The translations under genes and the position numbers were made by a program. A DNA stretch of 64,000 nt from Bacteroidota bacterium (GTDB taxonomy: Bacteria; Bacteroidota; Ignavibacteria; UBA10030; SZUA-254), in the NCBI GenBank assembly GCA_035495255.1, contig DATJGD010000065.1, positions 7,256-71,255 of the forward strand. Reading direction: 5' to 3'. Shown piece after piece: positions 18,339-30,559 of the stretch (the first letter of the stretch is position 1; every line of letters begins with the position of its first letter). The notes beneath the pieces were generated by a model. That model saw only the letters and a list, made by a program, of their open reading frames with translations, made no database searches and was not told the DNA's origin.

Positions 18339-18838
18339 AAGCCATCAACAAAATATTAATCCCGACAGACTTTTCAGAATTATCCCTCGTTGCGGTGGAG
18401 TATGTGAGAACACATGCAATATCAACCGATGCCAAGATCATTCTTTTTCACGCGATACCGGATATGTTCATGTTTCCTCCGTATTCAAACGTGGATTTTA
18501 ACTCTGATACCATGTTGAGCGAAAGCGAGGAAAAAGCGAAACGAGAACTTCACCATATTGCCAGTGATCGATTTAGAAATAATCATAATATCCTGGCGAT
18601 TGTCCGAAGAGGAGAGCCTTGGCAAGAAATTATTAAGATTGCACAGGATGAGGCGGTCGATCTCATTATTATGGGAACGCACGGCCGGACAGGTTTCGCC
18701 CATGTCCTCATGGGCAGCGTTGCGGAAAGAGTGGTTCGACACGCGAACGTTCCAGTGCTGATCCTAAAACCCAAAGAGATGCAAAATTCAAGCATTGATT
18801 TCCATGCGCTCGCTCAGACTCCTCATGGCGGCCTCTAG
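18335..18838 (+). CDS. Universal stress protein (UspA family)
   Basis: ILIPTDFSELSLVAVEY.., DLIIMGTHGRTGFAHVLMGSVAERVVRHANVPVLILK. ATGA overlap with the preceding USP. Confidence 0.9.
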   Translation: MKAINKILIPTDFSELSLVAVEYVRTHAISTDAKIILFHAIPDMFMFPPYSNVDFNSDTMLSESEEKAKRELHHIASDRFRNNHNILAIVRRGEPWQEIIKIAQDEAVDLIIMGTHGRTGFAHVLMGSVAERVVRHANVPVLILKPKEMQNSSIDFHALAQTPHGGL

Positions 18839-19213
18839 ATTCATCGTCTCGAAGGGAAAGATGCATGGGATACGAAAAATGTTGGAATGCCGTTGAGAAG
18901 GTAGTTTGCGCCAGGTGCGCGCGGGGTAATAGTTCCGGTGACTGCATGAGGCAGGAATGTTGAAACGCGATCTTCCCGAGTTTCTCCGGCAATCCAGGAA
19001 ACTTCGGGGGTACGTGAGGCAAATGATTTGCCCAAGCGACGGTGTTCTCACAATTGCTCAAAGGATAATTGGTGCTTCCTGGTTTGTGGTGGATTAGAGA
19101 AGCATCCCTGCGGCTGCCGCCGTCCCTTGCTCTTGTTCAGGAGCCTTATAAGGATTGCGGCAGCCCGCTGTTGTTATCGTAGCAACACATAATATTTGTA
19201 ACGGGAGAAATGA

Positions 19214-20200
19214 ATGATGGTTCAAACTGTCGATGATCACGTATGGGGAATTATTCTTGCAGGCGGAAATGGTCAGCGAGTACAGGATTTCACAAGGCGA
19301 CTCTGCGGAGAAGCGAGACCGAAACAATACTGCGCATTCACCGGCAAACGATCCCTGCTACGGCACACTATCGACCGGGTGAAACATATTATTCCCGCGG
19401 GAAAAATTGTGACTGTGGTGAATGATGACCACCTGATATATGCAAACCATCAACTCCATGATCATTCAACCGAGAACATCATCATCCAGCCGCAGAATAA
19501 AGATACGGGCCCCGGTATTCTTCTTCCCTTGCTCAAATTATATGGGAGCGACCGGGATGCAGTTGTCGGTATCTTTCCCTCCGATCACTTTATCAAAGAG
19601 GAAGGTCGGTTTAGGGACTATGTCCGGGTTGCCATTTCATTTGTTTCCGTCCATCCTGAGATCATAGTGACGCTCGGAGCTGTCCCGGACCAGCCGGAAC
19701 AGGCGTACGGCTGGATTCAAGTGGGTAAAATGGTCCAACGTCATCTTGATAAAACTCTTCACAGAGTCGACGGATTCTGGGAAAAGCCAACCGCGGAAGC
19801 GGTTCAAACGCTTCATGCCGAGGGATGTCTCTGGAACACTATGATTCTCATCGGCAAAGTTGAAACGTTCCTGAAGAATTTTCAAACATATACTCCCGAA
19901 TTGTTCAGCTCCCTTCAAAAAGTAAGCAGGATCCCAGGCTCTTCGGAGCGCGAGAGGCTCGGGCAAGTATTTGCCGAAATACCGTCGATTAATTTTTCTC
20001 GTGCAATTCTTGAACGCATTCCGCGGCACTTGTGCGTTATCCCGTTGAAAGGTGTTTACTGGAGTGACTGGGGAGATGAATTTCGAATCATTTCGGACTG
20101 CAAGCGGTTCGGATTGGTGCCACCGGAAGAATCGCGTGGTTGTCGTACCGTGGGACAAAGAGTACAACAGGAAATCGTTGCAGTGGGACTAAACGAATAA
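19214..20200 (+). CDS. Sugar-phosphate nucleotidyltransferase (mannose-1-phosphate guanylyltransferase-like, transferase domain only)
   Basis: WGIILAGGNGQRV.. N-terminal NTP-transferase loop, IFPSDHFI, AYGWIQVG, NFSRAILE. The loop deviates from the canonical GGxGxRLWPLS. Confidence 0.7.
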   Translation: MMVQTVDDHVWGIILAGGNGQRVQDFTRRLCGEARPKQYCAFTGKRSLLRHTIDRVKHIIPAGKIVTVVNDDHLIYANHQLHDHSTENIIIQPQNKDTGPGILLPLLKLYGSDRDAVVGIFPSDHFIKEEGRFRDYVRVAISFVSVHPEIIVTLGAVPDQPEQAYGWIQVGKMVQRHLDKTLHRVDGFWEKPTAEAVQTLHAEGCLWNTMILIGKVETFLKNFQTYTPELFSSLQKVSRIPGSSERERLGQVFAEIPSINFSRAILERIPRHLCVIPLKGVYWSDWGDEFRIISDCKRFGLVPPEESRGCRTVGQRVQQEIVAVGLNE

Positions 20201-20306
20201 GTCCGCCGCCAGCTCCTCGTACTTCACAGTTGGGACTTCGATTCGATCGGGCAGCTTTTTCAATCCAATTGTTTTCCTTTCCTCAAATTTGTAATTTATC
20301 CCCCTC

Positions 20307-20441
20307 ATGTCCACCCGCTTCCTGCAATATTGTTTCCTCCTGTTGTGCTTCCTGTTGATCACAGTATCACATGTACTGCCTCAATCGGCATGGCAGAACA
20401 TCGGTGTGAATGAGGGTCATATCCGAACGGCATTACTATAG
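20307..20441 (+). pseudogene. Possible remnant of a secreted-protein gene (signal peptide followed by an early stop)
   Basis: ATG 20307 gives MSTRFLQYCFLLLCFLLITVSHVLPQSAWQNIGVNEGHIRTALL*. This is a signal-peptide-like start that stops after 44 codons. No intact continuation in any frame before 20586. Confidence 0.25.
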
Positions 20442-20586
20442 CACAATCCCAACAGTATTGGAAAATAATTCTCATGGATGCATCCTTTTCCCAATCACTG
20501 TATCTACGGGATTGTTAACATTTAGTCACGAACCAGACCGGCGAACATTCAAATTTCGAAGTGGCATCGTGCCTCCCATATCTTCT

Positions 20587-21876
20587 TCATTTCACGGTGA
20601 TTTTCCCGGTCATATGCGGGTGAATGGAACAGTAGTAGTCAAATACACCTGTTTCGGTGAACGTGAATGAAAAACTTTGGTCGGTATCGAGGACAGAAGA
20701 GGAAAATTGCTTTTCCGTCGCGACCACTGTGTGCGGAATATCGTCGCGGTTCGTCCACGTAACTTTCGTTCCGGCGGCAACGACCAATTCCTTCGGCGAA
20801 AAGCTGAAGTTGTCGATGTTCACTTCATTTACCCCCTTGGATTGGCTCTTGTTGTTTTGCTTGTTCTCCTTCTGTTCCTCGGAAGGGCTTGAACTCCCCC
20901 CGAGAAGAGGTGAATCGATGATCGCAAGCGTATGTTTGTTTTCGACGTAATACACTCCGGTCAATCCCAAGAGGCTCCGTAGTTTCTCGGCCGGAACCTT
21001 CATCGGACCGGGAGACGGTGCCGCGCCCGGTTGCGGTTGTGGGAACGCCGTCGACATTGCGGTGTGAAAGGTTATGTTTCCTTCGATCTTCTGCATCGTT
21101 TGGTGTATATGGCCGTTTAATACCGTCACAGATCCAAAACGTTTGAGATACGATAAGGCCTGTTCGCTATCGTCCGTTCCCCATCCCCATTCCGGATAGA
21201 CGGACCAGAGGGGGATATGCGCGAAGACAACGATTGGCGTGCTGCTTGAGAGACCGCGCACGTCGTCTTCAATCCACTCGAGCTGCTCATGTCCAAGTGT
21301 ACCCATACCGCCGGCTTTCAGGTTCATCACATTTACTAATCCTATGAAATGTGCTCCGTGCGAATCGAAACTGTACCACCCTGCTCCCTTGGTGCCTTTA
21401 CCGTACCGGTCGAGATATTGTTTTCCATTATCGGACAACATGTCGTGTTCACCCGGCACGAAAAACACTTTCTCGGTATTGGCAGTCTTCAATACCTGGT
21501 CGAGAGTATCAAACTCCGACGGCTTCGAGAGATGGGAAAGATCTCCCGTGTGAAGCATGAAAGAGGGAACCGTGGGGCTTGCATTGATCTTTGCAATTGC
21601 TGACTGCAGAGTTGCCACGACGTCGGGGTTCGCATCTTTGTTGAACCCGATGTGGCTGTCGCTGATCTGCACGAAGCTAAAATCCCCCCTGGGAATCTTC
21701 AACCCCTCCTTAAGCCCTCCCGTTCCTTTATCGATAATCTGGCTGAGTCCGTACGACTTCAGGATACCGCCGCTCATGACCCATAATGCGCCGGTGCCCG
21801 CCCATGCCATGCATTTCAAGAAACCACGCCGGTCTATGCCGTCGTCGTTCTCATTTTGAAGAATGATCTTTCCCAT
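20587..21876 (-). CDS. Tat-exported calcineurin-like metallophosphoesterase fused to a C-terminal type-1 copper (cupredoxin, amicyanin-like) domain
   Basis: Twin-arginine signal DRRGFLKCMAWAGTGALW. MPE motifs ISDSHIG, HTGDLSH, VPGEHDM, FAHIP, LNGHIHQ. C-terminal DDIPHTVV..YYCSIHPHMTGKITVK supplies His..Cys-x2-His-x2-Met copper ligands. Confidence 0.85.
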   Translation of the reverse strand: MGKIILQNENDDGIDRRGFLKCMAWAGTGALWVMSGGILKSYGLSQIIDKGTGGLKEGLKIPRGDFSFVQISDSHIGFNKDANPDVVATLQSAIAKINASPTVPSFMLHTGDLSHLSKPSEFDTLDQVLKTANTEKVFFVPGEHDMLSDNGKQYLDRYGKGTKGAGWYSFDSHGAHFIGLVNVMNLKAGGMGTLGHEQLEWIEDDVRGLSSSTPIVVFAHIPLWSVYPEWGWGTDDSEQALSYLKRFGSVTVLNGHIHQTMQKIEGNITFHTAMSTAFPQPQPGAAPSPGPMKVPAEKLRSLLGLTGVYYVENKHTLAIIDSPLLGGSSSPSEEQKENKQNNKSQSKGVNEVNIDNFSFSPKELVVAAGTKVTWTNRDDIPHTVVATEKQFSSSVLDTDQSFSFTFTETGVFDYYCSIHPHMTGKITVK

Positions 21877-21930
21877 GTTTGCTCCTTTTGGTTATTGGAT
21901 CCGACCGTGATATTCGACAGAATTCCTTAC

Positions 21931-21936
21931 ATTATA
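21931..21936 (-). promoter_or_regulatory. Candidate -10 box TATAAT for the metallophosphoesterase gene
   Basis: The plus strand reads attata at 21931-21936, 55 nt upstream of the ATG (21876). A strong AAGGAG Shine-Dalgarno sits 6 nt before the ATG. The -35 is weak. Confidence 0.3.
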
Positions 21937-21990
21937 CTGTACTGATCCTGGCGATCGTTTATTCCCCGCAATGATGACGGAATGGAATGG

Positions 21991-22016
21991 GGAATAAAAT
22001 CGCGGTGATCGTAGTC
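21991..22016 (+). promoter_or_regulatory. Candidate ECF-type autoregulated promoter GGAAT-N18-GTC
   Basis: GGAAT at 21991-21995, an 18-nt spacer (counted by hand), then GTC at 22014-22016, 27 nt before the sigma-factor ATG. It resembles the SigR/SigH-type consensus GGAAT-N18-GTT. Two further GGAAT copies lie just upstream. Confidence 0.3.
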
Positions 22017-22042
22017 TCTATCTGCAGTAGGGGAAACCTCGA

Positions 22043-22579
22043 ATGTACCAGGAAGAAAGCAAAGCTCAAAAATACAAACTGATAATTCAGCCTCATCTCA
22101 ACGCCGCTTACAATCTTGCACGCTGGCTGATGCGCAATGACCGGGATGCGGAAGACGTCGTTCAGGAAGCGTGCCTGCGGGCATATAAATTTCTCGACGG
22201 GTTTCGTGGTGGGGATGGACGGGTGTGGCTTCTCGCAATTGTCCGGAATACGGGGTACACGTGGCTTCAGCAGAATCGCGCGAACGAATTGAACACCGTC
22301 TCGTTCGATGATGAACTCCACTCACCGGAATTGACGCCGGCAAGTCCGGATGTAGCGCTTCAGCGGCAGATCGACGAGCAGATGTTGCGGGAGGCGCTGG
22401 AGGAATTACCGACCGAGTTCAGGGAAGTGATTGTACTGCGTGAGCTGGAGGGGTTCTCCTATAAAGAGATCGCTGACCTCGCAAATATACCTCTGGGCAC
22501 AGTGATGTCCAGGATTGCCCGCGCCCGGACTCGACTACAGCAATACTTTATTACAGCCGCAAGAAGGGGAGAAGACTGA
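22043..22579 (+). CDS. ECF (sigma-70 family group IV) RNA polymerase sigma factor
   Basis: Region 2 (DAEDVVQEACLRAYKFLDGF) and region 4 HTH (GFSYKEIADLANIPLGTVMSRIARAR); 178 aa. Confidence 0.9.
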   Translation: MYQEESKAQKYKLIIQPHLNAAYNLARWLMRNDRDAEDVVQEACLRAYKFLDGFRGGDGRVWLLAIVRNTGYTWLQQNRANELNTVSFDDELHSPELTPASPDVALQRQIDEQMLREALEELPTEFREVIVLRELEGFSYKEIADLANIPLGTVMSRIARARTRLQQYFITAARRGED

Positions 22580-23337
22580 TGACCTGCGATGAGAGACAAA
22601 AATTTCTTCATGCCTATATCGATGGCGAGCTTGATCTCAGCAAGAGTATTGAGATTGAACAACATCTCAATAGCTGCGACACGTGTTTTCAGACGTACAA
22701 GCAGCACCGCACGCTTCACACATCCTTGAAGCAGAGTGCTCTCTACTACGAAGCTCCCCGGGAATTGCAACGGCGCATTACTGCATCCGTGAAAGCAACG
22801 GATCGTTCTCGCTCGCTTTCAAGCAGAATACGGGATTTTTCTCCCCGGTTCCTGACTCTTGCGGCATCATTTGCCGTCGTAGCTCTCGTTGCGTGGAATT
22901 TCGGGCGATTGACCCGGCCGCCGCAGAGTGACGCGGTGTCGCAACAGGTACTCGAAAGTCACATGCGGTCCCTCCTTGTGAATCATCTCACCGATGTCCC
23001 CTCGTCGGACCAACATACAGTCAAGCCCTGGTTCAATGGGAAAACAAACTTTTCCCCGGTCGTAAGAGATTTATCAGCCCAGGGATTTCCGTTAATCGGC
23101 GGGCGGCTCGATTATGTCAATGACCTCCGGGTTGCCGCACTCGTCTATCAGCGGCATCAGCATGTCATCAATCTCTTTACGTGGGCTTCACCTGACGAAG
23201 CTGAGCGGCAAGCGAACAGCATGACCGGAAAGGGATACAACCTCTTTGCGTGGAATAAAGCCGGGATGTCGTATTACGCTGTCTCGGATCTAAACTCAAC
23301 GGAACTGCAGGAATTTGTGCAACTAATTCAAAATTAA
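22579..23337 (+). CDS. Membrane-anchored zinc-binding (ZAS, zf-HC2) anti-sigma factor
   Basis: TGATG overlap with the sigma gene. H-x3-C-x2-C motif HLNSCDTC. One TM (FLTLAASFAVVALVAW). An extracytoplasmic domain of about 130 aa. Confidence 0.8.
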   Translation: MTCDERQKFLHAYIDGELDLSKSIEIEQHLNSCDTCFQTYKQHRTLHTSLKQSALYYEAPRELQRRITASVKATDRSRSLSSRIRDFSPRFLTLAASFAVVALVAWNFGRLTRPPQSDAVSQQVLESHMRSLLVNHLTDVPSSDQHTVKPWFNGKTNFSPVVRDLSAQGFPLIGGRLDYVNDLRVAALVYQRHQHVINLFTWASPDEAERQANSMTGKGYNLFAWNKAGMSYYAVSDLNSTELQEFVQLIQN

Positions 23338-23367
23338 TCATTCCCAAATCTCAAAGGAGAGAGTACT

Positions 23368-23526
23368 ATGGGTAATCTTGGCATGCCTGAAATTCTTATT
23401 ATTGTTGCAGTCGTTATGCTCTTATTTGGTGCAAAGAAAATTCCTGAGTTTGCCCAGGGACTCGGCAAGGGTGTCAGGGAATTTCGAAAAGCCGCGCGGG
23501 ATTTTCAGGAAGAGGTTGAGAAGTAA
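23368..23526 (+). CDS. tatA: Twin-arginine translocase subunit TatA/E
   Basis: Not in the ORF track (52 aa). [52 protein letters not shown]: a TM helix followed by FG hinge and amphipathic helix, preceded by AAAGGAGAGAG. Confidence 0.9.
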   Translation: MGNLGMPEILIIVAVVMLLFGAKKIPEFAQGLGKGVREFRKAARDFQEEVEK

Positions 23527-23674
23527 AGGAACGATGAAGAGTAATACTAAGGATCGTATTGCCGCTTTCTGAATTTCTTTGGGACAAAGAGAGTTTTTAA
23601 TGCATCGACGTCATTGTCTGTCAGGGGTGCTGTTGCAAAGGTTCTGATGTATGTCAATAAGGCTTCGTGCATTG

Positions 23675-26151
<2,477 letters not shown>

Positions 26152-26160
26152 GAGAGGTTC

Positions 26161-26961
26161 ATGAAAACTCTTTCGATAGTTGCTCTTACTGCCGTGCTGG
26201 CCCTGTTCGGGGGAGAAAAAACTGTTATGGCACAATCCCCAAAAGATTCTGAAATAATTGTATTCGCCGCGGCGTCCCTCACTGAGGCGTTCCAGTCGAT
26301 CGCGCAGGACTTTAAAGCCGCTCATCCTAAAGCGAACATTCAATTTAACTTCGGAGGTTCGCAGCAGCTTGTTCAGCAGATCGCGCACGGCGCCAATGTC
26401 GACGTTTTTGCATCTGCGAACGCAAAACAGATGGATGCAGCTGTTACGTCGGGAGGAATCGATAGCGCCTCTGTCCGGCAGTTTGCGCGCAATCACCTGG
26501 TCGTCATCGTACCGGCAGAAAATGCCGCACAAATTTCCTCATTGGCAGATCTCGCGAACGGATTAGCAAAAATCGTCCTCGCCGATAAGAGCGTGCCGGT
26601 CGGCCAATATGCGCTCGAGGTTTTGGACCGATGTGAAAAAAGCGGGAAGTTTCCGTCCGGATACAAAGAGAACGTGCTTCAATCGGTTGTGTCGTACGAG
26701 GAAAATGTGAAAGCAGTGCTCGGGAAGGTCGTCCTCGGAGAAGCCGATGCAGGAATTGTCTATACCTCCGATATTTCACGCGATAGTACGCACAAGATCC
26801 GGCAGATTCCGATTCCCGACTCGCTCAACGTCGTAGCGGAGTATCCGATCGGGATTTCGCGCAAAGCGTCCAGGTTCAGCAAGGAGTTCGTGGAGTACCT
26901 CTGCTCTTCCAAAGGTCAGGCAACGTTGAAACAGTTCGGTTTTTCCACAGTCGGAAAATAA
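26161..26961 (+). CDS. modA: Molybdate ABC transporter substrate-binding protein
   Basis: Signal peptide, VFAAASLTEAF, FNFGGSQQLVQQIAHGANVDVFASAN, AGIVYTSD. Confidence 0.85.
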   Translation: MKTLSIVALTAVLALFGGEKTVMAQSPKDSEIIVFAAASLTEAFQSIAQDFKAAHPKANIQFNFGGSQQLVQQIAHGANVDVFASANAKQMDAAVTSGGIDSASVRQFARNHLVVIVPAENAAQISSLADLANGLAKIVLADKSVPVGQYALEVLDRCEKSGKFPSGYKENVLQSVVSYEENVKAVLGKVVLGEADAGIVYTSDISRDSTHKIRQIPIPDSLNVVAEYPIGISRKASRFSKEFVEYLCSSKGQATLKQFGFSTVGK

Positions 26962-26969
26962 CCGGTTCT

Positions 26970-27779
26970 ATGGCTGAGCCGCAAGCGAGCAAGAATACCC
27001 GCGAATCACGTCTTCTCGTCGCCGCCAGCCTGCCGATGCTGCTGTTCTTATTTTTGCCGTGCCTCGCACTCATTGTTCGTGTCGCTCCCTCAAGCATCCT
27101 GGGCAATCTTGCGAATACCCAGGTAGGGGAAGCAATTCTTCTGAGCGGCACCACGACGAGTATTTCACTGCTCCTGACGATCGTCGCGGGAACCCCTGTC
27201 GCCTATCTTCTTGCGAGAAGAAGATTTCCGGGCCGGGCGATTCTCGATACGCTCATTGATTTACCGATCGTGCTTCCCCCTTCCGTCGCCGGTATCGCGC
27301 TCCTTATGGCGTTCGGCAGAAGGGGCCTGCTCGGCGACGTTCTGGGATCTCTCGGAATTTCAATTCCTTTTACGCAGGCCGCGGTAATACTGGCGCAGCT
27401 GTTTGTCTCATCTCCGCTCTATATTAAGGCCGCTCAGGCGGGATTCGCGAGCGTCGACCGGGAGTATGAGCAGGCCGCGGCGATCGACGGCGCGTCACGG
27501 TGGAAGATTTTCCGGGTGGTGACTGTCCCGCTGTCGTTGTACGCTCTGGCGGGGGGCGCTGTCATGGCCTGGGCCCGGGCGCTTGGAGAATTCGGCGCGA
27601 CAATTATCTTTGCCGGAAATTTCCCGGGACGGACGCAAACGATGCCGCTGGCCATCTACATCGGCTTTGAGATCGATCTCAATATTGCGCTCACGTTGGC
27701 GCTTATTCTGCTTGTCGTTTCATTTATCGTGCTTGCCGTGGTGAAGGGATTTTTGCGGCGGCGGTTGGTTATCGTCTAA
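26970..27779 (+). CDS. modB: Molybdate ABC transporter permease
   Basis: [31 protein letters not shown]-loop region [33 protein letters not shown]. Confidence 0.85.
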   Translation: MAEPQASKNTRESRLLVAASLPMLLFLFLPCLALIVRVAPSSILGNLANTQVGEAILLSGTTTSISLLLTIVAGTPVAYLLARRRFPGRAILDTLIDLPIVLPPSVAGIALLMAFGRRGLLGDVLGSLGISIPFTQAAVILAQLFVSSPLYIKAAQAGFASVDREYEQAAAIDGASRWKIFRVVTVPLSLYALAGGAVMAWARALGEFGATIIFAGNFPGRTQTMPLAIYIGFEIDLNIALTLALILLVVSFIVLAVVKGFLRRRLVIV

Positions 27780-27793
27780 CTACTTTCAATCAT

Positions 27794-29230
27794 ATGAATA
27801 CTGATATCAAATTTGGTACCGACGGATGGCGTGGAAGAATCGCCGAAGATTACACGTTCGACAATGTGCGGCGATGCACGCAGGGATTCGCATCCTACTT
27901 ACAATCCGCCTATGCCCCTGCGCAGTTAACCCGCGGCGTCGTCGTCGGGGGAGACAGAAGATTTAATTCCGAGTTCTTTGCTGCGGCAGCGGCCGAAGTG
28001 CTCGCAGGCAACGGAATTCCCGTCCATTTCTGCGGGGGAGGCGTCCCGACGCCGGTGATCTCGTTCAGCGTCAAGGCACGCAAGGCGATCGCCGCGATCA
28101 ACATCACCGCGAGCCATAATCCCCCTGCGGATAACGGCTTCAAGGTGCGGGATGAGAACGGCGGCGCGATACCCCCCGAAGGGCTCAAGAAAATCGAAGA
28201 ACTCATTCCGGCAACCGCCGCACAGGCAAAGCGCCTGAAATTCGACGACGGGGTGGCATCAGGAACAATCATGAAGTTCAGCGCCGACGAGAAGTATCTC
28301 GAGCAGGTGAAATCGCTCGTTGACGTGGAGCCGCTTCGTCAGGCGGGATTGAAGATCCTCGTCGATCCGATGTGGGGAAACGGGGCGGGATGGTTCAGCA
28401 GGCTGCTCGGCGGCGGGAAAACAGAGATCGTTGAAATCCACAGCGAATGTAATCCTTCGTTCCCGGAGATGAGCAGGCCGGAGCCGATTTCGCCGAATGT
28501 CGACGTCGGCTTAAAGAAAGGTAAAGATATCGGCGCCGACGTTATTCTCATAACCGACGGGGATGCCGACAGGTGCGGCGTTGGAGACGAGCATGGGCAA
28601 TTTATCGACCAGCTCCGCGTATACGGGCTCCTGGCATTGTATCTACTCGAAATCCGGAAGCAGAAGGGACCCATCGTCAAAACGCTTTCCACGACATCAA
28701 TGCTCGACGCGCTCGGCAAGATGTACAACGTTGACGTGCACGAGACGGGAGTGGGATTTAAATACGTCGCGCCGAAGATGATGGAAACTGATGCCATCAT
28801 AGGCGGGGAAGAGAGCGGGGGATACGCGTTCCGCGGCCATGTGCCGGAACGGGATGGAATCCTTGCGAACCTGTTCTTCCTCGATTTTATGGTGAGGACG
28901 AAGAAGAAGCCCTCGCAGCTTCTTCAGATGCTTTTTGATAAGGTCGGCCCGCATTACTATGACCGCATCGACACCGTCATTGATGCCGCTCAGCGGGATA
29001 CGATCCACGCGAGGCTGCGGGCGAACCTTCCGAAACGCATCGACGGAACGGACGTCGTCAATACGAATCTCTCCGACGGTTTCAAGTTTACACTCAAGGA
29101 CGGGAGCTGGCTGCTCATTCGGTTCTCCGGAACCGAGCCTCTCGTACGAATTTATTCGGAGGCGAAAAGCGCGCAGCAGGTGCGGGCAATTCTTGAAGAC
29201 GGCAGGAAGCTCGTCCTTGGCGGCGGATAG
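27794..29230 (+). CDS. Phosphoglucomutase/phosphomannomutase family protein
   Basis: FGTDGWRG, active-site [15 protein letters not shown], metal loop [30 protein letters not shown]. Confidence 0.9.
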   Translation: MNTDIKFGTDGWRGRIAEDYTFDNVRRCTQGFASYLQSAYAPAQLTRGVVVGGDRRFNSEFFAAAAAEVLAGNGIPVHFCGGGVPTPVISFSVKARKAIAAINITASHNPPADNGFKVRDENGGAIPPEGLKKIEELIPATAAQAKRLKFDDGVASGTIMKFSADEKYLEQVKSLVDVEPLRQAGLKILVDPMWGNGAGWFSRLLGGGKTEIVEIHSECNPSFPEMSRPEPISPNVDVGLKKGKDIGADVILITDGDADRCGVGDEHGQFIDQLRVYGLLALYLLEIRKQKGPIVKTLSTTSMLDALGKMYNVDVHETGVGFKYVAPKMMETDAIIGGEESGGYAFRGHVPERDGILANLFFLDFMVRTKKKPSQLLQMLFDKVGPHYYDRIDTVIDAAQRDTIHARLRANLPKRIDGTDVVNTNLSDGFKFTLKDGSWLLIRFSGTEPLVRIYSEAKSAQQVRAILEDGRKLVLGGG

Positions 29231-29290
29231 CCCGATCCGCGCGAACTCCCACGATGGGGTTATTTGCCGTTCGTGTGAAAACCGCCCAAC

Positions 29291-30544
29291 GTGGACGACC
29301 TGCCTGAACGAAGTTTGGCGATGACGCCCCCGTCAGCACCGCGGCTCGGTCTCAGGGCGAACCTTCCTCAATTTATTCTACTCATCATCGTTAACGCCTT
29401 CGTCGGAGCGATGGTAGGAATGGAGCGGTCGACTCTTCCGCTGATCGCCGAGCAGGTCTTCGGCCTTGCCTCTCGAAATGCAATCCTCACGTTCCTGGTA
29501 AGTTTCGGCGTCGTGAAAGCGGCGAGCAATCTCCTCGCCGGAACATTGTCGGACCGCGTCGGCAGAAAGAAACTTCTCATTCTCGGGTGGCTCGCCGGGA
29601 TACCCGTTCCGTTCATGCTCATGTGGGGGACGTCGTGGACGTGGATCGTCGCGGCGAATATCCTCCTCGGGATCAACCAGGGACTATGCTGGTCGATGAC
29701 CGTGATCATGAAAATCGATCTTGCAGGGCCGAAGCGGCGCGGCCTCGCCATGGGGTTGAACGAGTTCTCCGGCTACGTCGCGGTAGCGCTCGCCGCGTAC
29801 TTCTCGGCTGCGCTTGCGGCGCACTACGGGCTTCGGCCTGTCCCCTTCACCATCGGAGTCGGGGCAGTCCTGGCAGGCCTTCTGGTCTCCCTCTTAGTTG
29901 TCAGGGACACGCATGGCCATGCGCAGGTGGAATCCTCAGGGCCATCCTCCAAATCCTTCAAAGAAGTTTTTCTTCTGACGTCATGGCGGAACACATCGTT
30001 ATTCAGCTGCTCGCAGGCCGGGCTCGTCAATAATCTCAACGACGGGATGGCGTGGGGGCTTTTCCCGCTGCTCTATGTTTCCCTCGGGTACTCCGTTGAC
30101 CGGATCGGCTTGCTTGCGGGACTCTATCCGATGATCTGGGGCGTCAGCCAGCTCTTCACCGGCGCATTGAGCGACCGGTTTGGAAGAAAATGGATGATAA
30201 CATTCGGAATGTGGGTGCAGGCTTCAGGGCTCATGATCGCCGCGATGCTCGCAGATTTCGGATGGCAGATTGGCGCGGCAGTGCTGCTGGGGATCGGGAC
30301 GGCAATGGTCTATCCGACCCTCCTTGCAGCGATCGGCGATGTTGCACGTCCCGAGTGGCGCGCCTCCGCTGTGGGTGTCTACCGACTATGGCGCGATCTC
30401 GGATACGCCTTCGGCGCCGTACTTTCCGGTATCATTGCAGACGTGATGGGTATTCCTTCAGCGATTATCATAGTCGGGATCCTGACATGTGTTTCAGGAT
30501 GTTTGGTCGCGTGGAAGTTTTCTCAATTACACTCAACTCTGTGA
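29291..30544 (+). CDS. MFS transporter
   Basis: 12-TM-like hydrophobic profile with GTLSDRVGRKK and GALSDRFGRKW (MFS motif A in both halves). The track start is GTG; an ATG alternative is at 29321. Confidence 0.85.
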   Translation: MDDLPERSLAMTPPSAPRLGLRANLPQFILLIIVNAFVGAMVGMERSTLPLIAEQVFGLASRNAILTFLVSFGVVKAASNLLAGTLSDRVGRKKLLILGWLAGIPVPFMLMWGTSWTWIVAANILLGINQGLCWSMTVIMKIDLAGPKRRGLAMGLNEFSGYVAVALAAYFSAALAAHYGLRPVPFTIGVGAVLAGLLVSLLVVRDTHGHAQVESSGPSSKSFKEVFLLTSWRNTSLFSCSQAGLVNNLNDGMAWGLFPLLYVSLGYSVDRIGLLAGLYPMIWGVSQLFTGALSDRFGRKWMITFGMWVQASGLMIAAMLADFGWQIGAAVLLGIGTAMVYPTLLAAIGDVARPEWRASAVGVYRLWRDLGYAFGAVLSGIIADVMGIPSAIIIVGILTCVSGCLVAWKFSQLHSTL

Positions 30545-30559
30545 AAGGTACAGTATCGA

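Noticed and set aside
18708-19061. 117-aa minus-strand ORF (and the overlapping 18788..19051 and 18841..19035 ORFs) after the second USP
   Set aside because: They overlap the 3' end of the USP gene, have no motifs, and are three mutually overlapping alternative frames. A 46-aa plus-strand ORF (18957-19097) was likewise not convincing.
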